Source: Asterionella formosa
Lineage: Eukaryota
Reading direction: 5' to 3'
Length of the DNA stretch: 20,000 nucleotides
Assembly (NCBI GenBank): GCA_002256025.1
Contig: NKIB01012981.1
Coordinates: 46,399 to 66,398 of the forward strand
Position 1 is the first letter of the stretch; each line of letters begins with the position of its first letter. A program made the translations under genes and the position numbers. Below are positions 1 to 10,155 of the stretch, in pieces. The notes under the pieces are model-generated. The model made no database searches. It saw only the letters and a program-made list of their open reading frames with translations, and was not told the DNA's origin.

Positions 1-1443
1 ATCCGACGTGAACGTGTCATGAAGCGTTTACTGGGCGAAATCGAGGAAGACACTAAGAAACGAAGAGAGCGGGCGAAGGATATATTGGGGAAGCTTCCTG
101 ACATTCCATCTCAATCTACTGAGTCTATTGCAAAGGCGCTCAAGGCTGCCCAAGAAGATGTCAAGAAGATACGTCGTCAGCAACTTGGCAAACCTGATGT
201 TGACAATGTCGACGAAACTGGGAGCTTTACCTCAACTCCCAAGCTCAAGTCTAGCGCGGACAAAGCTCGTGAGGCTGCAGCTGCCGAGGCTGCTGGAGGC
301 CGACCTCGCCTTCCCGGGGATAAGGATGTCACCCGCGGAGAGCTGGGATCATTGAAAATTGAGTCCTCGTCTACGACCACAACTGGTCCACTTACAGTTG
401 AAGTCACTTCTACCTACAACAAGGAACAGTCCGACCCTCCAATGCGCAAACACTGCTTCCAATATACGATCAGAATCACCAACAACTCTGCTACCGACAC
501 AATTCAGTTGCTCGGACGTCGTTTCGAAATTCAGACTGTCGGAAGCAGTATGAAAGATGTTGTACAGGGCGAAGGAGTCACTGGCCGTCAACCTATTTTG
601 AAGCCCGGTGAGGTGTTTGAATACACTTCTACTGCTCCTTTGAGCGTGAGGCCAATTGGAACCACTATTATTGCTGCTCGAATGAGTGGTGAGTACCGCT
701 ACATTGCCTTGAACCCTGGACAGGAAACTGCTACTCCCGACCAGATTGAAAAAGGCGGTGATGTCACTGCCGCATTGGGCATGTTCCACTTTATCTTTCC
801 TGAATCCCAACAAGTCACTCCATTCAAGCGAGCCGACGAAGAAGACGATGATGACGACGAAGACGATGATGATGACGTGTCTGTGAAACCAACTGCTGGT
901 GTTCCTTCTCGTCCTGCCCCGAAGACTCCAACCGCTGTACCAGCATCATCTCTTCCTGGAGATGAGGACATGAAGACGGGAGATATCACTTCTGTGCTCA
1001 ATGATTCCTCTGACAGCATGACTGAAAATGTCCGTGTGCAAGTTTCTTCGTCGTACCGACCAGAAAGGTCCGATGCTGGAATGGAGAAGCATTGCTTTGC
1101 TTACAACATTCGCATCACCAATGAGTCGAAGGATAGCATCCAACTTGTCTCGCGCCGTTTCGAAATTCAGACTATTGGAAGTGTTAACAAGGACGTGGTG
1201 CAAGGACCTGGTGTCACAGGCCGACAGCCAATACTTAAACCTGGAGAGAGCTTTGAGTATACGAGCACCGCACCGTTGAGCGTGCGACCAATGGTGGAAA
1301 AGACCCCAGTCGTTGCACGGATGCAAGGAGAATATAACTTCGTTGTGATGGGTGCCGATGGTCAGACTCCAATCAGTTCGTCGCCTCTTCAGGCAAAATT
1401 GGGCACATTTCACTTTATCCTCCCTGCCCTTGATATTGCGTAA
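1..1443 (+). CDS. Tandem ApaG (DUF525)-domain protein, probably 5'-partial
   Basis: Frame 1 is open from base 1 (first ATG at 19) to TAA at 1441-1443. It has two copies of the ApaG signature (F-x-Y-x-I-R-I-T-N ... V-Q-G-x-G-V-T-G-R-Q-P-I-L-K-P-G-E-x-F-E-Y-T-S) at about nt 310-800 and 952-1425, joined by a poly-Asp/Pro-rich linker. The N-terminus is charged and helical-looking. Confidence 0.9.
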   Translation: MRRERVMKRLLGEIEEDTKKRRERAKDILGKLPDIPSQSTESIAKALKAAQEDVKKIRRQQLGKPDVDNVDETGSFTSTPKLKSSADKAREAAAAEAAGGRPRLPGDKDVTRGELGSLKIESSSTTTTGPLTVEVTSTYNKEQSDPPMRKHCFQYTIRITNNSATDTIQLLGRRFEIQTVGSSMKDVVQGEGVTGRQPILKPGEVFEYTSTAPLSVRPIGTTIIAARMSGEYRYIALNPGQETATPDQIEKGGDVTAALGMFHFIFPESQQVTPFKRADEEDDDDDEDDDDDVSVKPTAGVPSRPAPKTPTAVPASSLPGDEDMKTGDITSVLNDSSDSMTENVRVQVSSSYRPERSDAGMEKHCFAYNIRITNESKDSIQLVSRRFEIQTIGSVNKDVVQGPGVTGRQPILKPGESFEYTSTAPLSVRPMVEKTPVVARMQGEYNFVVMGADGQTPISSSPLQAKLGTFHFILPALDIA

Positions 1444-1532
1444 AAGCGACCGTTTCACTCTCATTTCCGCGCTAGGTCAGTGGTTACTTTGACTCCGGAG
1501 AAACAAGCTAATGAACATCACTTGAAAGCCGG

Positions 1533-1866
1533 TCGATTTGAATAGTTTGAACATAGCATATAGTAGTTGATACAAAAACGATTTGTGCTCATGAGTGAAT
1601 GCGATGTTTCTAATATGGCTTTGAGACTTGCATTCAGTCAATTGTATTTTCCTCAGTAAAGTAAACAAAAGGGTAAGGCAGTGAGCAACCCCATTAGGCT
1701 CGATTTGAATAGTTTGAACATAGAATATAGTAGTTGATAGAACAACGATTTGTGCTCATGAGTGAATGCGAAGTTTCTAAGATGGCTTTGAGACTTGCAA
1801 TTAGTCTATTGTATTTTCCTCAGTAAAGTAAACAAGAGGGTAAGACAGTGAGCAACCCCATAAGGC
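1533..1866. repeat. Tandem duplication, 2 x 167 bp, ~93% identical
   Basis: Copies at 1533-1699 and 1700-1866 both start TCGATTTGAATAGTTTGAACATAG and end GTGAGCAACCCCAT(T/A)AGGC. Manual alignment gives 11 substitutions and no indels. Confidence 0.97.
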
Positions 1867-2413
1867 TCAATTTTATGAAAGAACCGGTAACGACATTATG
1901 AATTTTCGATTCATGATCCGAAGTGATTCTTTGTGATTCACATGTGTAAATTTCTAGTATAGTTCTTGAGCTACGTTTCATCATCGGGAATACTCTTCAA
2001 ACTTGAGACGGACGGTTGACAAGTCGTGAGCCTAAACAATTACATGTTTGCACATTGCAGTCTCAATGTGTGATTTAAAGGTTACCCCATCTATTTAGGA
2101 TGTCGAGGGAGGTTATAAAATGGAAACCGTAATACAGGTCGACGCATATCCATTCCAGCACATGTCCAGCTAATAGTCGATTCTGCCATTTCAATCAGGA
2201 TTGGAAATCATTCCAGTGATTGCCTCTTACACTCCCATCGGCAGTTTTCAAAACTGCTGCGTGGTAAGGTAAGGGTTCATATCAATCATTTTTGTTCAAG
2301 ATATTAACTATTTTCTTGATTTCAGAGTTGCGAGTAAGAATGCGAGCATACATATTCACAACTCACCACATCAGCAGTTTCCAAAAATGCTATGGGTATA
2401 AGTCACGCGACAA

Positions 2414-3888
2414 TCATTCTCTTGCTAACAAAACATCCGCCATGAGGCCTTTCAAAATATCCTTACTCGTCGACTTGCAAGAATGTCCCTTCGTGCATTG
2501 TCCTTTCAAGTTGTCTGCGGCAATTAATTTAAGATTGTGCCTGATATAATTGCGGACTCCTTTTGCCTTTTCCATGGACACAAAGAATACTTCTTCGACA
2601 CCCTTCCAGATTTCGTTTTGCACATTTGCTTGAAATTCGGCCTTTTTATAAACATCTCGTTTTCCATGATTTCCAATTATAACGTTTGCCATACCTGCCG
2701 ACGTTGGTGTTCGCGCACGAATAGCACCAGGCATCAACTCCCGAAAGCGCCGCAAACAATGATCATCCACATCATTGTTGCATGTGGCTAGCACCTTGTG
2801 CAAATTCTGATGCGTTCCCCTGGGTAAATCATCTCGATTGACCTCTTTTCCATACACCATGGTCAAACCTGGAGTTACGCAACAAGCACTCCTTACCCCA
2901 ACCCAAAAGCCCGCGGCAACGTCAGCTGTCGATTGGAATGGTGAACTATATTGCCATTCCATGTGATTGAACAAACACCAAATCGTCCAAGAAAACGGAT
3001 CAATAATGTGTTCGATTGCCTTCGCTTGAATGTACTCTACAAAGCTAGTGTGCAAGCCATCGTCCCCGTCAAGGCGAGTTTCCAGGACTATGCGACTTTG
3101 AGCAGCATCATGTAGTTGTTGCAAAAGGTGCAAGTCTCCGCTCCACAAGGAATCAATAGTGATATCTTCAATTGCCAGTGCATGACGAAAACCCTCTGGG
3201 TTTTCATTAGAAGCCACAAGCAAGTAGTTGGGATGACCCTTGAGCAGGTCAAGTAATGGTTCTTTTACCCGTTGGTCCAAATCTGGATCTGTCCGAATGA
3301 TCCAGATAAATTCTTGTGATGTTTGCTTCACAATTGATGGTAGACAAAAGTATTCAAAGATTTTCAGGCGAGCCAAACCTAAATCGACCAATTGAGGTTG
3401 GTGTTGCATGAATCTGCGAAGATAAATATTCACAAGGAGAAAAAATGAGGACGGATACGGTGACGAACATGTGAGAGTCAAAATACTAGTCAATGTAACA
3501 ATGTGTACGTGCACATAATTGTTCACACAATAACCTACCTTGTTTGAATGACGTGAACAAGGTCTGACTGGCTCCAGGTCGAAAGCAGCAAACTGAACGA
3601 ATTCAAGTCATCTGTTACCAGCGAAGGCTTGACTGATGGTTGCCTTGGCGCAACTAGTATACTAAAAGTTGAAATGATAGCCCCAAAGAAAAGTGTACAT
3701 GCGAAGCAAAAAATCAAAGTCTCTTGGGACGTGTGTCCCCGCGAGCGCCTTCGTTTTGTCCGATCAGGAGATTGGGAAGCGGTAGGCGATGATGCTGGAG
3801 TTGAAGTCCTGCTCGACTGAGGCGATCGTCGAAGCAGCTTTACCAAAACAGAATGGGCCGAATTTGAAGGGTAAGGCAGTGACTTCAT
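2414..3888 (-). CDS. Type II membrane glycosyltransferase-like protein (putative rhamnosyltransferase, PF11316-like); exons 3888-3539 and 3413-2414
   Basis: A 125-bp intron (3538-3414; donor AG|GTAGGT, acceptor TCTTCGCAG|A) joins ..HVIQT-R-FMQHQ.. in frame. Exon 1 encodes a hydrophobic TM segment (LIFCFACTLFFGAIISTFSILV). Exon 2 has RL-x-IFE-x-FCLPSI-x-x-QT-x-QEF-x-WII and TRLDGDD (DxD-type) motifs typical of this GT-A-like family. The start ATG at 3888 is inferred. Confidence 0.8.
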
Positions 3889-4689
3889 ACTATGCCCATA
3901 CCACAGGGTGGCACCAATTTGCAACTAGGGTTAATCGCTGGATTTGGCAAGGATCGAACAGTAATTTTTGTCGTTGAAAGAACGGAAATGTGGTGGACAA
4001 CTTTTCGATCATTGTGAATCAATGTTGAACGTCTTTGGTTTCGGAGGGAAGTCGGAATTGTTTCGCCACATAATACTTAAAATCTACTGAGAATTGGTTG
4101 GAACGTGGACGTGAAAGGTCGCCAAGGTGTGCGAGCCGGCTTGTCGATATGATAATGGCATGCTCCAATCACACAAATATTGCATGTATGTGTACATTTA
4201 TTCATTTTTGATTGTGACAAAAAAGCAAACATTGATGAATTCTACATACCGGTATATTGTATATAAATCTATCTACCCTGCATATTTAGTACCGGTAGAT
4301 GTGTTGGTGTGGTCATCGGGGGATGCAAAATGATCGAACGCCTCTTGTTCTAGATTTATATTACATACAATGACGCACGCACATCTACGGCATCCATATC
4401 TATTGCATAAATGATCTTCCACAATACTACATATTACAGTGCCGGCATATGTTCCGGTACTCAATGTTTAGCAGAATTAAATCCGATCATCATTAATATA
4501 TTCTGACAAAATCCCTGTTTGTTATAATCTAGTACCAGGTACTCCGAGTATCTGGTATGCACACTAATTGGCAACATCCTTGAGGTAAATGAAAGCTGTA
4601 GAGGGCAAACAGGTACATTACCCGACTTTCCCTTCGGCTTCATTTTTGTTATCGATGCCATAATTGTCGAGAAATCCTAAGGAAGTCCA

Positions 4690-5181
4690 TGTTGGTATTG
4701 ACGCTTGACATTACTGCTCCTATTTGTTTCTCTCTGTTTTAAGAGGCCCGATGGTGCGAATGTCAGGTTTTCCGGGTTCTGTCGCGCCACATTTGGATTG
4801 TTCGAGTTTGATCAGATGAGACTACATAGTATTTGCTGTTTGCGTTTTTTGTGGCTGAGAAGGGGTCCATGCTTGGCGATGGATCTGGATAAGTCTTCAG
4901 TCTACCGGGCTAAGGTTCATGGCAGTGTTGGTTTCGCTGTTCTGCACTGTCTGTTGGAGCTTGGTTAAGGTATATATGTAAATATTGTTCTGGTCGTTGT
5001 TAGCTGTTGGCTCTTCCATGTTTGGGCAATGAGTAACTCATTGAATAACTACCGGTTTGTTTATCTTTCTACCTCACAATAATAATATAGACTGCTTTAT
5101 TCAGTTAAGTGTGTCCTAGTTATTTTTCAAACTACTGTTATCTACTTCGATTTCAGTTGGGTTTCCCAAATTGACACAACA
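4690..5181. mobile_element. Possible solo LTR or LTR remnant (~490 bp)
   Basis: Begins TGTTG and ends CAACA (5-bp inverted TG..CA termini). It is G/T-skewed, has a TATA-like TATATATGTAAATA at ~4971 and a T-rich 3' part. No target-site duplication is visible (GTCCA vs GAAGC). Confidence 0.3.
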
Positions 5182-5650
5182 GAAGCTGCTAGCCTAATAC
5201 CGGGGTCGTTGTGAATGCATTATCTCGGTATATGCACAAAAATAATTGTGCACCTCCATCAGCACTGCACTCCCGAGGTTTTAGGGCAAGTTTAGTAAGC
5301 AAATCAAACAGCATGTTGGCCATTCTCATCAAACATACTGAACGGTGCCAAACGAGCCAATATTCTTGGATTTTCAGCAGCAGAGGCATTTTCTACTAAT
5401 TAGTGAACGAATGGTTGGGAAACCAAGCGAACTTCAAGGAACTTAAGGCAGGAAGTGATTAGAATAGAAAGAGAAAATCAATTACAGATAAAACGACTGG
5501 CAAAAAGCCTACCGGTTTGCCGTTGACAACTGTGAAGAATAAATCGGCAATAAATAAAGTAAACCATTACCACATGTACATGCCTATGATGCAGTCATAC
5601 AACTTCCCAAAAAATTTCCCTCTCCCTGAAAAGCAAGTATTCATGCGATT

Positions 5651-8600
5651 TTAGGCTGGACTGAGTACCTCATGTTCCTCCTGGATAGATGATTTATCTC
5701 CTTCGTCACTCTGATCAGACTCCTCGTCCAGGGGAGCAGCAAGCACCTTGCGTTTTCGATTAGCACCACTTAATATAGACGCATTGGTTGCGACATCACC
5801 TGTCGCCTCTTCTTCTGACTGAAGATTGGCAATAAAGTGAAGTGCATCCTTTTTGGATAAATGATGCAGCGATGAATGCTTCTGCTGCAAGGAGATGCCG
5901 AAGCAACGATCAGCTACCGATACCAACTCTGGTCTGAATGTGGAGACGATGAATTGAGTGGGGTTGTCGACATTGTGTGCCTGTTTCTGAATTAAAGCAC
6001 TGACAGCAGCGCGATAAGTTGAGTCTAGGGCTTGATCCAACTCATCAAACAGGTAGAATGGTGCTGGGTCGCATCTCTGAATACTGAAAATAAGAGCCAT
6101 TGCAACCAATGCCTTCTGTCCACCGGAGAGCTGAGACATGAGGTAATTCTCACCGATCGCAGAAAATCTGACCTTCACCTCTACACCTCGGTAAAGGCTA
6201 ACTTTGGGATTGCTGGGGTCGACTGGTTGCTTCGTCACCTTCGTGCTATCTTCCGAGTCCTGAGAGCTAGTTACTTCGCCATCAGTCTCTTCCGAGTCAT
6301 CCATCGCTGTGCGCAAGACCAGTTCGCCAGCACCGTTTGGACAGAGCTCCTTGAACACTTCTTGGAAATGAGAACTAACACCCCTAAAAGTACGGTTAAT
6401 AGCCTCATCCTTCTGGCGGTCGAGACTCTCGATCAGTTCTTCCACCTTCTTTGCACCTTGGTCCAACTCTTCCTTGCGAGTCAAGAGAACTTCGCGCTGC
6501 TCATTGAAATTTACGTACTGATCATAGGCTTTTTTGTTGACATGGGAATACTTCTTGAGTTTCTTGTTTACTTTCTCTAACTCGCGCATCAATGCTGAGA
6601 GGGATAGGCTAGTGTATTTAGCCAGTTCAGCTGGGGGCGGTAAGGATCCGAGCTCTTGAATTTTCCTCATGTACAGCTCACGATTTGAAACTGTCATTGT
6701 ACGCTTGTTCATGAGACGGTCGGATTTTTCCTCAGCGTCACGGAGGCGCCGTGTGATCTCAACGTCTTCTGCCTTGAATTGTTCAATCTTGTTAGAATGT
6801 TGTAGGACCTCATTGTTGAGCGCTACGTCAGTCTTTCGAAGTTCTGCCAATCGAGCTTCAATCTCGTCATTTATTCGAATTGCATCGTCAAGTTCACGTC
6901 GGCGTAGCTCAAGATCCTCGAGTCGCTGTGCTTGCATGGCCATGGAAGAAATTCCAACAAGACTAATACGGCGATTGGTGACATCGTCTATTCCCTCTTG
7001 CAAGAGTTCCTCACGACGCTTGAGAAGGTTATCGTTCAAGAGACTGTCGAGGCGCTGTCGGTCAACACTGAGTTTGCCAACAAAGTCATTTTGAGCATCG
7101 ATTTCAGCAGCAAGTTCGACTTGAACAGTCTTCAGTCTAGCCAACAAAACTCGTTCTTCCTCTGAAAGGGAGGAGGCCAGCTGAGTCTCTTTTTCGGCCT
7201 CTAGACGCTCAATCTCGCTACCAAGACTTGCGATATCGTGTTCAAGGGCCGGGATTATTGTCTTCTCAATCGTTTCCGTATTCTTCTTTTTGGCTTCAGT
7301 GCGAACGCGAAGCCGTGCAGTCTCCGCTTCGATTGAAGTAAGCATGTGGTTCAGGTCACCATGCTTTGCTTCCAATCGCTGCAAATCAGCCACAAGGTTG
7401 GTAGCAGCTTGGTCAACAGATTGTGCTTTACGATTGACTTCACTGTGGTCCGCATCGGCCTTTGCTAATTCTCGTTGCGAAGCCTTGTGCTGCAAATGAG
7501 CACGAAGTCGACTCCTCTGCTGGTCGACATAGCCACCTGTCAATGCCCCCTTACGACTGCAAAGATCGCCCTCCAACGTTATAGCGTCCATGTTGCATTT
7601 TGCACTCCATGTGGAGGCTGCGTCAACGTTGCGAGCAAGAAGCTTCTTACCAAAGACATGCTGCATGGCCCTTGCAACGTTGGCCTCATACTTGATGCAC
7701 TGGGAAAGCAAAGGCTTGACATCAGCGCTTTCCGGATAGTCGGCATGCTCAATTCGTAGTCGGTTGAGAGGAAGAAATGTAACACGGCCAAGTCTTTCAG
7801 TCTCCAATCGTTTCATCAATCGTGCAGCAGTTGCGTCTGTATCCACAATGACGTGGAAGAGAGCATTTTGAGCCGCGACTTCCACTGCGCTCTGAAATTT
7901 TGGATCAACAAGTTCCATGTTATCAATGAGCATGCCGAAGTATTGTTCCCCAATGACAAGACGCTCCTGTTGTACAATATTGCTCAGGGCTTGCAACCCC
8001 ATTGAGGTGGCCCGAGGCATAGATTTGCGAACATCAGCGAGAGATCGCTGCGTATTCTCTCTGGCTTCCTTGACCTTCTCCGATAGTTCATCGCATTTGC
8101 GCCATTGTTCTTTTCGACTGTCAAGAAGCTCCAAACGTTCGCGTTTCTTCTCCTCAATGGCTCGAAATAACGCCTTCAGGGTTTCCACTTTCTTGGTGAG
8201 ATTTGAATTCTGCAGCTCAAATTCATTTGTTTCCTCGACTATCGAGCGACGCAGGTTTGAGAGCGAATCGCGCTGTTCATTGAGCTCGCCCTCCTTGTCG
8301 GATCTGGCAGACTGGAGCTCCTTGATGTGAGAGGCAAGGTAAGCATCACGGTCTTTCTTGCTTGAAAATTGTCGTCCACGACCTTGCTTGGCGTAAAGAC
8401 CTTCCATTTTCTTCTTGGCTTCGTCGTTCTCGTTGTTCAATCGAGTAAGTGATTCCACGGCGGAATCATATTTGGGCCCGATGTCCTCCATCAAGTCCTT
8501 CTGAGCCTTTGCAATCTTCTTGTCGATGAGCTGAATCTCGCGCTCATTCGCCTTTTGAATTTCTTCTCCAGTCTTGACAGACTCCTCGATTTCCTTGCAT

Positions 8601-9790
8601 TCCAATTGCAACTTTGTTCGTAGAGTTACTGCAGCTGTCTTGTCCGCCTCCAAACCAGTCATATTTAGGCGGTATCGTCGCAGGGCATTTTGCTTCGACT
8701 TTCGTTGGGCTTCTTCCGTACGAATTGCGTCGTGTGTTGCCCGAGCCTGGTCATGTATTTCACTGGTAGTCTCGGTTTCGTTTGTCCGCTCGTGTTCAAT
8801 AATGTCCAGCGTCTCTCGCGCTTTGCGGAGTTCCTTGTCGTAGAGAGTATACTCCATTGCACGTCGTTCGCGATCCAGCTTTTGGTATTGCGTGAGTTCT
8901 TCTTTTTCACCCCGAAGTTCTGTAAGACGCTCCTCAATTGTATCGAGAATATCGTTGATTTTTTCAATGGACGACTTGTTCTCCTCCATCTTTTGAAGTG
9001 ACTCTTTTTTTTTCTCGTCATAAACCGTTGTTCCGGCAACTTCTTTGAAGAGGCGAAGGCGTTCGGCGTCATTCATGGTACAGAGTGCATTCACCTTACC
9101 TTGCTGCACAATGTAATACGGATTTGACTTGGAGAAGCCAGCCCCTTCTAGGAGTGACATAATTTCATTCTTATTGGCGCGCTTTCGCTGCAAAAAGAAC
9201 TCATCCTTCTTGTGTCCGACTGTTCGTCGCAAGACAACTTCATCCGAGTTTTCAAGGGAAAATCTGTTGTCTGAGTTGTCAAAGACAATTTCTACAAAGG
9301 CATTAACCGCAGTCGATCCGGAACCTTCGTGAAGGAGAGCTTGACGTTCTTCCTGATGGCGGCGGGACACGAGGAGTCAGTTTACAATGGAACCACTTTT
9401 GCTGTGGGAACGGCGATGTTGGCGGCAAATTCTTCGATATAATCTCAGAAATATCGTGTGAACTTTCCGGGTCGATTTTAGTCTTCCTCCTTCGTTTCGA
9501 ATGATTATTCTGTCCCGGTTTTGTATCGAACACTAATCACGAGGCAAACGCATCGACGACGGACTTGTAACATTCTGAAAACATAGCCATGGTTGCTCGT
9601 AGAATCTACGTACCGTGCGTAGTGTAAAGAACCGCGGACTCAAGAGTGCGAATTGGACGGCATCAAAGAGGTTTGATTTTCCAGATCCATTTCTTCCGAC
9701 GACGGTGTTTGTTCCGGGAGAGAAGGGGTGAATCTCTGGCTGCTGTTTAAATGAACGAAAGTTCGAGATGGTGATTTGCTTAATGTGCAT
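5651..9790 (-). CDS. SMC3: Structural maintenance of chromosomes protein 3 (cohesin subunit), ~1292 aa; exons 9790-9614 and 9352-5651
   Basis: Exon 1 reads MHIKQITISNFRSF... with Walker A GRNGSGKS. A 261-bp intron (9613-9353; GTACGT...ACTGAC...CATCAG) gives LRT-EERQALLHEG, diagnostic of SMC3. Also present: Eco1-target di-lysine context VGHKKDEF, Q-loop NPYYIVQQG, hinge GRVTFLPLNR and KGALTGG, signature LSGGQ, Walker B/D-loop FYLFDELDQALD. An alternative in-frame ATG lies at 9823. Confidence 0.97.
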
Positions 9791-9864
9791 TGGAGTGGAT
9801 GATTGATGATTTGTGCCTATCATTTAGAAATTAACCAAATGCATGTATGATTTTGTTTTTCTGC

Positions 9865-10155
9865 TACCAGGTACCGTACCAGGTACCGGTCTAATTGAGA
9901 TATTCACAGTACAGATACATAGGTGGTACCTGGTACCCTGGTACTGGTACTATGATCGAAGTGAGGAGGAGCCTATCACAGCGATGGCGCGCCATTCTTT
10001 GTCGGATCTACTATACCAGTACAGAGTGAACTACAAGGGTTACCACTGAGTATTATTATCGGTATGAACTTCTTGCCATGTAGCTAGCTGCCTTTTTGTC
10101 TGACAATTTTGAGGATCATTACGTCGACATCACCAAGGTAAATAAGTACCTGGTA
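9865..10155. promoter_or_regulatory. SMC3 upstream region: TACCWGGTA palindrome cluster and E2F-like palindrome ATGGCGCGCCAT (9984-9995)
   Basis: TACCAGGTA at 9865 and 9877, TACCTGGTA at 9927 and 10147. A perfect 12-bp palindrome with a GGCGCGCC core lies ~195 bp upstream of the ATG. Regulatory function is inferred from position only. Confidence 0.45.

Noticed and set aside
835..876. GAY-rich trinucleotide run as a microsatellite
   Set aside because: An impure GAT/GAC/GAA mix encoding the acidic linker; ordinary coding low complexity.
1533..1866. Repeat as a CRISPR array or LTR pair
   Set aside because: Two directly abutting long units with no spacers, no internal region and no cas genes.
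3414..3538. Hydrophobic N-terminus of ORF 2414-3526 resembling a signal peptide
   Set aside because: It is read-through of the intron; splice sites join the upstream exon in frame.
4127..4968. Short ORFs of 63-87 aa in the intergenic region
   Set aside because: No recognisable motifs, several non-ATG starts, and they overlap motif clusters or the LTR-like DNA.
6032..9332. Numerous plus-strand and alternate-frame ORFs inside SMC3, and similar ORFs within the ApaG, glycosyltransferase, ZNF511-like and paralog genes
   Set aside because: They are shadow ORFs of real coding sequence, with no motifs and a composition explained by the opposite strand.
9353..9613. SMC3 apparently split into two ORFs; the longer intron as a possible snoRNA host
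   Set aside because: A canonical GT-AG intron restores the conserved sequence, and I saw no convincing C/D or H/ACA box arrangement.
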